From Gammaproteobacteria bacterium (GTDB taxonomy: Bacteria > Pseudomonadota > Gammaproteobacteria > Steroidobacterales > Foliamicaceae), in assembly GCA_028821145.1 (NCBI GenBank), contig JAPPHC010000021.1:366-64365 (forward strand): a stretch of 64,000 nucleotides of DNA. Reading direction: 5' to 3'. How positions within the stretch are numbered: the stretch's first letter is position 1; each line of letters starts with the position of its first letter. Position numbers and translations under genes: made by a program. The notes beneath the pieces were generated by a model. The model had not been told where the DNA came from and did no database searches. It worked only from the letters and a program-made list of their open reading frames with translations. This document shows, one piece after another, positions 19,483 to 28,177 of this stretch.

Positions 19483-20350
19483 GTTGCCGGCCTTCCACCA
19501 GACCCGTGAAGAGTTCTTCGAGAGTAACGGGCTGCACGGATATGCCGGTCGCGCCGCAGCCGTCAAGGGCCTGGCGGTACTGGTCGGCGGAGTCCGTAAG
19601 GACGCGCTGCCGGTCGCCGTCGCACTCGACGAGTCGGGCCCCGCCTGGCGGCTCGCCGCCAAGCGTAAAGCTCACTTGTCGATGGGCCTCCAGCAGTTGG
19701 TCGGTGCGCCCTTCCGCAAGCAGCCTGCCTTCGTGGATGATGCCGATGTGATCCGTGAACCGCTCCAGATCGGCAAGATTGTGCGACGAGATCAGAACGG
19801 TATGGTCCTCGTCGCCCATCAGGGCCAGCAGTTCCGCGAACAGGTCCTTTTTCGAGAGCACGTCGAGACCGATGGCGGGCTCGTCCATGATCAGGACCCT
19901 GGGACGCCGTGCAAGCGCGAGGACCAGACCCAGCTTTGTGGCGCCGCCGAGCGAAAGCGACGCGATCTTGTCGTCCGGATCGATCCGGAAGCGCCTGAGC
20001 AGGTGGTCGCAGTAGGCCTGGTCCCAATCCGGATAGAAAGCGCTAATGAAGCGTATTGCGCGCCGCACATATTTCCAGGAAACGAAACTAGTGTGCGGAC
20101 TGACGTAGGCTGCCGCGAGCTTGATATCCGTTTCGTCCTTCCTGTGGTCGTAATCGAGCACCTGGATTTCCCCGGCCTCCGGAAGTCCCAGACCAAAAAT
20201 CAGGTCCAGCGTGGTGGTCTTCCCCGCGCCGTTCGGGCCGACCAGGCCGTATATGGCGCCGGCGGGCACGGTGAGGTCCAGGGGCCCCAGTTGAAAGCGC
20301 GGAAATATCTTTGTCAGACCTCGGATTTCAATGGCGTTGGTGCTTTGCAT
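19475..20350 (-). CDS. ABC transporter ATP-binding protein (YtrB-like)
   Basis: GPNGAGKTT, LSLGG, IMDEP, ISSH. Confidence 0.9.
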   Translation of the reverse strand: MQSTNAIEIRGLTKIFPRFQLGPLDLTVPAGAIYGLVGPNGAGKTTTLDLIFGLGLPEAGEIQVLDYDHRKDETDIKLAAAYVSPHTSFVSWKYVRRAIRFISAFYPDWDQAYCDHLLRRFRIDPDDKIASLSLGGATKLGLVLALARRPRVLIMDEPAIGLDVLSKKDLFAELLALMGDEDHTVLISSHNLADLERFTDHIGIIHEGRLLAEGRTDQLLEAHRQVSFTLGGEPPGGARLVECDGDRQRVLTDSADQYRQALDGCGATGISVQPVTLEELFTGLVEGRQHD

Positions 20351-20352
20351 GA

Positions 20353-20766
20353 CTATTCCTCGGAAGGGGTTTCTTTGGTGATTCGAATTACGAAAGCCTT
20401 GGCCTCGGCGGAGCTGAGACCGGCTTCTTTGGCTTCCTGTATCGCCAGGCGGATCAGTTCCTCGGCGTGCCCGCGCTTCGCGGCGCGGCTGCGCTCGCGG
20501 CCGTCGGCGGCGACGAACGTGCCGAGTCCCTGACGGCGGTAGATGATTCCTTCTCTCTCGAGCTCCTCGTAGGCGCGGCGCACGGTGATGATGCTGACCA
20601 GCAGTTGCTCCGCAAGCAGGCGGAAGGATGGCAGCGGCGTATCGCCAGCCAGACGCCCCTCGCCGATCTCGCGCTTGAAGCCATTGACGATCTGCTGATA
20701 CAGCGCGCCGGGCGCGGCTGGTGAGATCGGACCGATCTGAACGGCGATTTCCCTGCGCTCAGTCAT
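20353..20766 (-). CDS. GntR/YtrA subfamily regulator
   Basis: LYQQIV...LPSFRLLAEQLLVSIITVRRAYEELEREG.IYRRQGLGTFV; short C-terminus; start MTERR. Confidence 0.9.
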   Translation of the reverse strand: MTERREIAVQIGPISPAAPGALYQQIVNGFKREIGEGRLAGDTPLPSFRLLAEQLLVSIITVRRAYEELEREGIIYRRQGLGTFVAADGRERSRAAKRGHAEELIRLAIQEAKEAGLSSAEAKAFVIRITKETPSEE

Positions 20767-20773
20767 TCTGGTG

Positions 20774-20792
20774 TGTATATATAACATATACA
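20774..20792. promoter_or_regulatory. YtrA-type operator
   Basis: TGTATAT-ATAAC-ATATACA palindrome directly upstream of the YtrA-like gene. Confidence 0.7.
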
Positions 20793-20862
20793 GTTGAGCG
20801 GAGCAATGCGTAGGGCGCATTGGGCTTGCGCTTGCTTACCGCCTTCGCTGGGCTGTTCTGTT

Positions 20863-20884
20863 GAGGGCGGGACGCCCTCGCTCC
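20863..20884 (-). repeat. Single GGAG-type REP-like palindrome
   Basis: Minus strand GGAGCGAGGGCGTCCCGCCCTC; matches the 37078 doublet unit except one loop base. Confidence 0.75.
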
Positions 20885-20891
20885 CAGGGGG

Positions 20892-22925
20892 CTAGTCGTC
20901 GCTGGGTTTGAAGGCTTCTTCGAGGGCCTTCTGGATTGGGGGCGGGGCGGTGGCGTAGTGGTCGAATTCCATCGTGTAGGCGCCCTCGCCTCCGGTCATT
21001 GACTTGAGCCGGGTCTGGAAATCGCCGAGTTCGCCGATCGGCGCCTCGGCGGAGATGATCACCTGGTTGCCGGGGATGGAGTTGTTGCCGCTGATGCGGC
21101 CGCGGGAGCCGGACAGGTGGCCGGCGATGTCGCCCATGTGCTGGCCGGGCGTGGTGACCTCGATCTTCGCGATCGGCTCCAGCACGATGGGCCGGGCCTT
21201 GCCGATCGCGTTCAGGAAGGCCTTCTTGCCGGCGGCGACGAAGGCGACTTCCTTGGAATCGACCGGATGGTGCTTGCCGTCGTACACGGTCACGCGGATG
21301 TCCTGCAGCGGGTAGCCGGCCACCGCGCCCTCCAGCAGCACCTGGCGCACGCCCTTCTCGACCGCCGGCATGAACTGCGACGGGATCACGCCGCCCACCA
21401 CCTTGTCGACGAACTCGAAGCCGCCGCCGCGCGGCAGCGGTTCGATGTTGAGGAACACTTCTCCGAACTGGCCCGCGCCGCCGGTCTGCTTCTTGTGGCG
21501 GTGATGCCCTTCGGCCTTGCGCGTCACCGTCTCGCGGTAGGCGATGCGCGGTTGCCGGGTCTCGACCTCGAGGTTGAACTCCTCGCGCATCCGGTCGAGG
21601 ATCACGCGCAGGTGCAGCTCGCCCATGCCGCGCAGGACGGTCTCGTTGGCCTGCGAATCGAACTCCAGCAGCAGGCTGGGGTCCTCGGACGTGAGCTTGG
21701 CCAGCGCGTCGGACAGCTTCTTCTCGTCGCCGCGCCGGGTGAGTTCCAGCACGACGCCGTGCATCGGCGCGGGAAGCGGTGCGTCACCGAACTTCAGCCG
21801 GTCATGCGCGTGTTCCGCGTGCAGGACGCCGCCGTAAGAGAGTTCGTTGATCTTCGACAGCGCGGCGATGCCGCCGGGGCCGACCGACGGGACTTCGTGC
21901 GACTCGGCGCCCTGAAGCGCGTACAGGTGCGCCGCCTTGATCGCCTTGCGCTGGTCGTCGAGATAGAGCGAATCGCCCACGTTCACCTGGCCCTGAAAGA
22001 CGCGGAAGACGCCCATCTTGCCGACGTAGGGATCGACGTTGATCTTGAACAGCAGCGCTACCGCGTCCGCGTCCTTGTCCGCCTTCAGCGCGACCGCCTC
22101 GCCGTTCAGCGAGCACGCCGGCGGATTGCCCTCGCGCGGCGACGGCGCCAGCAGGTTCATCGCGTTGAGCAGCTGGTTGATGCCGGACCCGGTGTCGGCG
22201 GATACGAAACACACCGGCACCAGGTGGCCGCGGCGCAGCGCGCGTTCGAACGCGCCGTGCAGCTGCTCCGGGTTCATGTCCTCGCCCTCTTCCAGGTACA
22301 GCTCCATCAGGTCGTCGTCCAGCTCCACGACCTGGTCGACGATGGCGGTGTGCGCCCCGGCGACCGAATCGAAGTCGGTGTCCGCGTCTTCCGGATTGAA
22401 ATAGCAGTCGGCGACACGCGCGGCGTTGTCGGCGGGCAGGTTCAGCGGGATGCACTCGCGCCCGAAGCTCTCGCGGATCTGCTCCATCAATCCAGGCAGG
22501 TCGGCAGTCTCGCTGTCGATATGGCTGACCACGATGAACCGGGCCAGCTTCATCTCTCCGGCCGCGTCCATCGCCCTGCGGGTCATCAGTTCGATGCCGG
22601 CGGCGGCGTTGATGACCACCATGGCGGTCTCTGCGGCGGGCAGCACGCCCAGCGCGCGCCCCGCGAAGTCCGCCGAGCCCGGCGTGTCGATCAGGTTGAC
22701 GCGGGCACCGTCATGTTCAAAGTGGCAGAGCGCGACATCGGCCGAATACTGCAGGCGTTTTTCTTCCGGGCGATAGTCGCACACCGTGGTGCCGCGTTCG
22801 ATGCTGCCCGCCGTCTTGATCGCACCGGAAGCCTCCAGCAGCTTCTCGGCCAGCACGGTCTTGCCGGCGCCGGAATGGCCGAGGAAAACGATGTTGCGGA
22901 TGGAGGCGGTGGATGGATGGGTCAT
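20892..22925 (-). CDS. Elongation factor G paralog (EF-G2/FusA2-like)
   Basis: IRNIVFLGHSGAGKT, DTPG, GMGELHL, HKKQTGGAGQFG, YDGKHHPVDS; not in the str operon. Confidence 0.92.
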   Translation of the reverse strand: MTHPSTASIRNIVFLGHSGAGKTVLAEKLLEASGAIKTAGSIERGTTVCDYRPEEKRLQYSADVALCHFEHDGARVNLIDTPGSADFAGRALGVLPAAETAMVVINAAAGIELMTRRAMDAAGEMKLARFIVVSHIDSETADLPGLMEQIRESFGRECIPLNLPADNAARVADCYFNPEDADTDFDSVAGAHTAIVDQVVELDDDLMELYLEEGEDMNPEQLHGAFERALRRGHLVPVCFVSADTGSGINQLLNAMNLLAPSPREGNPPACSLNGEAVALKADKDADAVALLFKINVDPYVGKMGVFRVFQGQVNVGDSLYLDDQRKAIKAAHLYALQGAESHEVPSVGPGGIAALSKINELSYGGVLHAEHAHDRLKFGDAPLPAPMHGVVLELTRRGDEKKLSDALAKLTSEDPSLLLEFDSQANETVLRGMGELHLRVILDRMREEFNLEVETRQPRIAYRETVTRKAEGHHRHKKQTGGAGQFGEVFLNIEPLPRGGGFEFVDKVVGGVIPSQFMPAVEKGVRQVLLEGAVAGYPLQDIRVTVYDGKHHPVDSKEVAFVAAGKKAFLNAIGKARPIVLEPIAKIEVTTPGQHMGDIAGHLSGSRGRISGNNSIPGNQVIISAEAPIGELGDFQTRLKSMTGGEGAYTMEFDHYATAPPPIQKALEEAFKPSDD

Positions 22926-22966
22926 GCTCGGCAGTCCTCGGCGTTACTCTTAGGGCGACAGGAGAT

Positions 22967-23590
22967 CTAGGTGGCCCGGGTTTCCGTTTGCGCTTCCCCC
23001 GAAGCGTCGGAGCCGCCGGGGGTTTCCATGATCGCCGGTCCGGGTTCGAGTTTGGGCTGGTTTTCCAGGATCTCCTTGAGATTGGCCAGGCCCTGCTCGT
23101 ATGCGGGACCCACCATGCCGTCCATCATCAGCCCGACATAGCGCGCCACCGGGTTGCCGCCCATGTCCGTCTCCAGGGTCCAGGTCAGGATCGACCCGCC
23201 GGCGCCGACGGCATCGATGAGATAGTCGGCGTTGGCGAGGCCGCCGGTGCCGAAGTCAAGCGCCATGCGCACCCTGGAGTACGGCTCGCTCAGCGTGATC
23301 TCCTGCATGCCGTCGCCCACCTGGGGATGATCGCTGTACCAGGTCATGCGCGATCCGGCGCCGGTGGCGGGTCCTTCGTAAACGTAGAGGGTCGAGGGAT
23401 CGATCTGCGCCCAGGGCTGCCAGCGGTTGAACTGCTGGAAGTCGTTGACCATCGTGAACACCGCTTGCGGCGATGCGTCGATTTCCACCGAGCGCTCGAC
23501 CCGCACGTCGCGCGGAAGCAAAAAGCCGACGACGAAAAACAACACCAGCAGCGCCACGATGCTGAGCAGTATTCTCTTGATGATGACCAT
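22967..23590 (-). CDS. SRPBCC/polyketide cyclase-like protein with N-terminal TM
   Basis: VERSVEIDAS...FNRWQPW...GLANLK. Confidence 0.85.
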   Translation of the reverse strand: MVIIKRILLSIVALLVLFFVVGFLLPRDVRVERSVEIDASPQAVFTMVNDFQQFNRWQPWAQIDPSTLYVYEGPATGAGSRMTWYSDHPQVGDGMQEITLSEPYSRVRMALDFGTGGLANADYLIDAVGAGGSILTWTLETDMGGNPVARYVGLMMDGMVGPAYEQGLANLKEILENQPKLEPGPAIMETPGGSDASGEAQTETRAT

Positions 23591-23737
23591 GCCGAACCTC
23601 TCTTGCCGGAACCCCCCGCCCGCGCGTCGGACAGGGTGCGCGAATTTACCACAGCCCCGCCGGTTTGAGGCAATATGCGCTCTCCGGCGTCGTGCCGCGA
23701 CAACGGTAAGCCTCCCGCAACGAAAAAGGGGAAGTCC

Positions 23738-24589
23738 ATGTCAAACGCTCCACCGCTGCGCTTGAGCCGCGCATTTGCCGACACGGCCAAGGGCCGCATT
23801 CACTACCGCTATCACTTTCCGGGTTCGGCGCAGGGCACGCTTCTGATGCTGCACGCCTCGCCCACTTCGTCGTGGAGCATGCGCACGCTGGGCGGGGCGC
23901 TGGCCGAGACGCTGAACGTCGTTTGTCCGGACACGCCGGGCAACGGCGACTCGGACGCGCTGCCGATGGAGCAGCCCCGCATCGAGGACTTCGCCACTTC
24001 CATGCTGGCGCTGCTCGATACGCTGGGTATCGAGAGTGCTTCCGCGTACGGCAGCCACACGGGCGCGCACACGGCCATCGAACTGGGAATCGCCGCGCCG
24101 GACCGGATCGGCAAGGTCATCCTCGACGGGATCGCGCTGTTCGAGGGCGAGGAGCGCCAGGACATGCTGAGCAACTACGCGCCGGAGGTGCACCCGGACC
24201 TGGAAGGCCGGCACTACCTCTGGGCCTTTCTGTTCATGCGCGACCAGAACATCTTCTTTCCCTGGTTCAAGCGCGACAAGGAGCATCTGCGCGGCACGGG
24301 CATCGTGGCGCCGGAACAGCTGCACGCGGCGACGGTGGAGGTGCTCAAGGCGCTCACCACCTACCACAAGGCCTACCGGGCGGCCTTCTCGCACCGGGTC
24401 CGCGAGCGTATGCCGCTGCTGACATCCGAGGCGCTGGCGATCTGCGACGCGCAGGACCCGCTGCTCGAACACACCCGCGAAGCCGCGGCGCTCGCTCCCC
24501 GCGCGCGCTTCCTGGAGACGCCGGGCTACGAGGACCCGGAGTTCCTGACCCGCAAGGTCGCGGCCATCCGCGAATTCGTGACCGGTTGA
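23738..24589 (+). CDS. Alpha/beta-hydrolase fold protein with atypical nucleophile elbow
   Basis: LMLHASPTSS, PDTPGNGDSD, YGSHTGA; start MSNAPP after GGGGAAG. Confidence 0.8.
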   Translation: MSNAPPLRLSRAFADTAKGRIHYRYHFPGSAQGTLLMLHASPTSSWSMRTLGGALAETLNVVCPDTPGNGDSDALPMEQPRIEDFATSMLALLDTLGIESASAYGSHTGAHTAIELGIAAPDRIGKVILDGIALFEGEERQDMLSNYAPEVHPDLEGRHYLWAFLFMRDQNIFFPWFKRDKEHLRGTGIVAPEQLHAATVEVLKALTTYHKAYRAAFSHRVRERMPLLTSEALAICDAQDPLLEHTREAAALAPRARFLETPGYEDPEFLTRKVAAIREFVTG

Positions 24590-24595
24590 CAGTTT

Positions 24596-24705
24596 CGCCG
24601 GCTGCTGACCCCTGCCTGCCGGGAGTGTCGGAGCCAGGGATGGCGACGCCAAGCTCCATGGATGGATTCATGCGGCTCCCGGCAGGCAGGGGTCAGCAGC
24701 CGGCG
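24596..24705 (+). repeat. Palindromic element copy 3 (type A core), between convergent genes
   Basis: Perfect 30-bp arms CGCCGGCTGCTGACCCCTGCCTGCCGGGAG (24596-24625 / 24676-24705); core TGTCGGAGCCAGGGATGGCGACGCCAAGCTCCATGGATGGATTCATGCGG. Confidence 0.92.
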
Positions 24706-24734
24706 CGAGAGTTCGTCAGTTCGAGTAACGGAAT

Positions 24735-26477
24735 CTAGAGGAGGGGGCCGGGGTCGTCGGGGCCCATCATCGCTTCGCGCAGCGCCGGCAGCGGCGCGTT
24801 GCCGAGCGACAGCAGCTGCTCGTGAAAGTCCTTCCAGGCCGCGCGCCCGCCCCGGTCCGCGGTCCAGTCCTCGCGCATCTTCACGATGATGAGCTTGCCC
24901 AGCGTATAGACGAAGTAGTCGGGATCGTAGGTGCCCCTGAGCGCCTGCTGCTGCGCGTTGCCCGGATCCAGGTAGGCCAGTTCCGCGAACATCCGCTGCG
25001 AGGTCTCGACGTCCATGCCCTCCACGTGCAAGCCGATGGATGACAGGAAGCGCACGTCGCGCATCAGCGCGTCGAGGATCTGACCGACCCTGAGCAGCGG
25101 CTTTCCTTCGCCCAGTCCCGCTTCCTGCATCAGTTCCTCGGTGTAATGGGCCCAGCCCTCGCTGAGCATGGCGTTCCAGAAGATCTTGCCCATCCGGTTG
25201 GCGGAGCGCTTGATGTAGAGCGAATGCAGGAAATGCCCGGGCCAGACTTCATGCACCGAGGTGTTGAGCAGGTCGGCTTCGCCGGGCACGTACTGCCGCT
25301 GCACTTCGGGCGGCCATTCCGGGTCCGGGCCGGCGATGTAGTAGATGGCGGGCAGGCCTTCCTCGTAGGCGCCGGGAATCTCGATGTAGGCGGAATTGGT
25401 GCGCCGGTAGGCGGGCGCCTCCGCCACGAAGGCGGCCTCGTCGCTGGGAATGCCGACGATGTCCGCCTGGACCAGGAACTCCCTGAGTTCGGGCAACTGT
25501 TCGTTGGCGCGTGCCACGGCGCCCTGTTCGGGCTTGTCGTCGCGCACCATGGCGGCGCATTCGGCGATCGTGATTTCCGGATCGACCAGCTTGCAGGTCG
25601 TGCGCAGGAGCTCCAGGTTGCGCGCCAGGTCTGCCTGCGCCACGCCCTTGAGCGTCTTCCAGTCCAGGTCGATCCGGTAACGGCGCCAGAGCAGCTCCCG
25701 GTAGCGTTCCTCCCCGAGGGCGAAGTCGCCGCTCGCATCCTCGAGGCGCAGCTCCAGCCAGGTCTCGACTTCGCGCAGGGCCTGCACGGCGGGCGCCAGC
25801 GCTTCGGCAAACGCGGCCTGCAGGTCCTCGTCCTCGACATCGGCGAACAGGCCGGGCGCGTCGCCCTCGAGATGCGACGCCAGTCCGCCGAAGTTGACCA
25901 GCGCGGTGCGAACGAACGGCCGGGCAAAAGGCGGCTGAAGCGTGCCGCGCATCTGCTCCAGATAAGCCGGCACCTTCTGCAGGTGGGCGGTCAGGGCCGC
26001 CAGCCGCTCGTCCCTGGGTGCGTATTCGCGCGACACATAGACGCTGGGGCTCAGGCGCCCCGCGTACCAGGCCGGGTTGCGCAGGTGATACTCCGCCACC
26101 TCCACGCTGAACAGCATGCCCTCGATGGAGGAAACGAGATGCCGGCGCTCCAGGTCCTGTTCCGGACTCAGGGTATCGGCGGAAAACTCCTCCTGCGCCC
26201 TTCGTGCGTACCGCCGCAGCATGTCGCCGCGCTCGCGGATAGCCCGCGCGCTTACGTCCTGAAGCTGCCCGTCGAATTCGTGCCGGCCGGCCCACACGGC
26301 GCGCGTAGGCTCGGCGGCGAACAGGTCCTCGATGAACTCCCCGGTGAATCGTTGCCACCCGGATTCGGCAATGGCCACCTGCTCCTCCTCCGGCGCTTCT
26401 CCGCCGCATCCCGACATCGCGCCGGCCGCCGCCGCCAGGGCGGCAATCAGGCCAACGGAAGTTTCGCGCAGGTTCAT
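24735..26477 (-). CDS. DUF885 family lipoprotein (putative metallopeptidase)
   Basis: Lipobox MSGC; HEVWPGHFLH, EGWAHYTE, YTLGKL, DFHEQLL. Confidence 0.88.
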   Translation of the reverse strand: MNLRETSVGLIAALAAAAGAMSGCGGEAPEEEQVAIAESGWQRFTGEFIEDLFAAEPTRAVWAGRHEFDGQLQDVSARAIRERGDMLRRYARRAQEEFSADTLSPEQDLERRHLVSSIEGMLFSVEVAEYHLRNPAWYAGRLSPSVYVSREYAPRDERLAALTAHLQKVPAYLEQMRGTLQPPFARPFVRTALVNFGGLASHLEGDAPGLFADVEDEDLQAAFAEALAPAVQALREVETWLELRLEDASGDFALGEERYRELLWRRYRIDLDWKTLKGVAQADLARNLELLRTTCKLVDPEITIAECAAMVRDDKPEQGAVARANEQLPELREFLVQADIVGIPSDEAAFVAEAPAYRRTNSAYIEIPGAYEEGLPAIYYIAGPDPEWPPEVQRQYVPGEADLLNTSVHEVWPGHFLHSLYIKRSANRMGKIFWNAMLSEGWAHYTEELMQEAGLGEGKPLLRVGQILDALMRDVRFLSSIGLHVEGMDVETSQRMFAELAYLDPGNAQQQALRGTYDPDYFVYTLGKLIIVKMREDWTADRGGRAAWKDFHEQLLSLGNAPLPALREAMMGPDDPGPLL

Positions 26478-26531
26478 CGGATGAAGCCTGCAAATTGTAT
26501 CTGGCCCGCGGGCCAGAGCCGTGTCGAGCAG

Positions 26532-26978
26532 CTAGTCCTCTTCCTCGAACCGGAATTCCTGATGGCAGTTGCGACAGGCGTCGGCCAGCCGTCTCAGCGA
26601 CTGCACCATGAACTCACGGTCTCCCGATCCGGCCGCGGCCACCAGGTTGCGGCCCTCGCGTTCGGCCGCCTCGGCCCTGTTCAGAAACTGCTCGGGCCTT
26701 TGCCATATACCCGGCAGGGCCGAGGTGTCGCCTTCGTCAGATCCCGGAGGAAACAGCGAACTGACGAGTTGCGCGTTCAGCCCCAACGAAGTGGCCTGGG
26801 TTTCGACGTGACGCTCCTCCAGCTCCAGGCCGCCGGCCAGCAGTTCCGTCAGCGCCGAGAGGTGCGCCGCCATGCTCAGCATGACGTCCTTGCGGTAGTC
26901 GATCATGCCCTGTTCGTCCGCCGAGGCGACGGCCAGCAGAACTGCGGCCCCGATGGCTGCCGCAAACCCTCGGGGCAT
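26532..26978 (-). CDS. Cytochrome c' / c556 (class II)
   Basis: Signal peptide, YRKDVM, LFPPGS, ALPGIW, C-terminal CRNCHQEFR. Confidence 0.9.
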   Translation of the reverse strand: MPRGFAAAIGAAVLLAVASADEQGMIDYRKDVMLSMAAHLSALTELLAGGLELEERHVETQATSLGLNAQLVSSLFPPGSDEGDTSALPGIWQRPEQFLNRAEAAEREGRNLVAAAGSGDREFMVQSLRRLADACRNCHQEFRFEEED

Positions 26979-26982
26979 GACG

Positions 26983-28173
26983 CTAGAGCTCGCGCAGGGC
27001 CGAGGTGACCTGGGCGGTCGCCGCCCGCACCGCGGGGAAGATTCCACCCACCAGGCCCACGATCAACGCCGCGACGATTCCCCGTCCGAGGAGGTCCGGC
27101 GTAACCGCAAAATTGAACACGACCTGGCTGAAACTCGCGGCCAGCGTGGAGGCCTGAAAACCGTTCAGGGCGAACCAGGCGATCGCGCAGCCGAGCACGC
27201 CTCCGAGGAACGCCAGCACCACCGACTCCAGCAGGGTCGCCAGGGCGGTGGGAAAGGAACCGAAGCCGACCGCCCGCAGCGTGGCAAGCTCGCGCGCCCT
27301 GGCCGCAATCGACGCGTACATGGCGTTCAGCGCGGCGAAGACGGCGCCGATGCCCATGAGCACGGATACGGGCAGGCCGATGTTGGTAATCAGCGCGGCC
27401 GTGTCCTCGGCCTGGTCGGAGTAGAACTGCTTCTCGCTCCAGACGTCCACGCTCAGCCGCTGGTCGTCGCCCAGAGCCTCTTCCAGTTGCAAACGGCCGT
27501 CCGCGTCCTCCACGCGGGCGCGGACTACCTGAAACCCGTTGCCGAGCTGATACGCCGACTGGAGCACGTTGACGTCGCACCACAGCTCCGATTCGAACAC
27601 GGAACCGCCGGTCTCGAACGTCCCGGTCACAAGCCATTCGGTCTTGCCGAAGCGGATGGTCTGCCCGGGTTCCAGGCCCACGAACTGGTTGCGCGCGCCG
27701 CGGCCGGCGATCAGTTCAAACCGTCCCGGAGTGAATTCCCGCCCTTCCGCCAGCCGGTAATCCTTGCGCAGCGAATAGCCGGTGGGCTGGATGCCACGCA
27801 GCGCCACGTTGGCCTCCGTCCCGGACGACTTGCCCACGGCGTTGACAATCCAGAACAGCTCCGCGGAAACCTCGGGCTCTCCTTCCGCGTCCCGGGCAAT
27901 GCCCGGGGCGTAACGAATCACGTCCGCCTGCTCTCCATTGAAGCTGCTGTTGAGTTCCGCGGTGGAACCGCTGCGCAAGACCATCGCCACGTCTTCCCGC
28001 CCGGTTCCCTCCATGGTCTTCTCGAATCCCGACGCCATGGACAGCACGCCGGCGAACACGCCGGTCAGCGCGGCGATACCGGACATGGCGACCGCGGCCG
28101 TGCCGGGTCTGCGCGGCAGGCTGCGCAGGTTCAGGGCCGCGAGGGCCGCCGTCTGCGTCAGCCAGCCGAACAC
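26983..28173 (-). CDS. ABC permease, FtsX/MacB family
   Basis: RARELATLRAVGF, GGIFPAVRAA; large periplasmic domain. Confidence 0.9.
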   Translation of the reverse strand: MFGWLTQTAALAALNLRSLPRRPGTAAVAMSGIAALTGVFAGVLSMASGFEKTMEGTGREDVAMVLRSGSTAELNSSFNGEQADVIRYAPGIARDAEGEPEVSAELFWIVNAVGKSSGTEANVALRGIQPTGYSLRKDYRLAEGREFTPGRFELIAGRGARNQFVGLEPGQTIRFGKTEWLVTGTFETGGSVFESELWCDVNVLQSAYQLGNGFQVVRARVEDADGRLQLEEALGDDQRLSVDVWSEKQFYSDQAEDTAALITNIGLPVSVLMGIGAVFAALNAMYASIAARARELATLRAVGFGSFPTALATLLESVVLAFLGGVLGCAIAWFALNGFQASTLAASFSQVVFNFAVTPDLLGRGIVAALIVGLVGGIFPAVRAATAQVTSALREL

Positions 28174-28177
28174 GGCA

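Noticed and set aside
1-20820. Accessory region as a defined mobile island
   Set aside because: No integrase, transposase, tRNA or att repeat visible, and I could not quantify a GC shift.
22908-22925. GGATGGATGG resembling the element core
   Set aside because: No flanking arms; it is simply the first codons of the EF-G paralog.
21117-22970. Long opposite-strand or alternate-frame ORFs (also 25146-27008, 42345-44453, 52432-53949, 56771-58642, 8067-9614)
   Set aside because: Shadows of well-supported genes in high-GC DNA; no family motifs.
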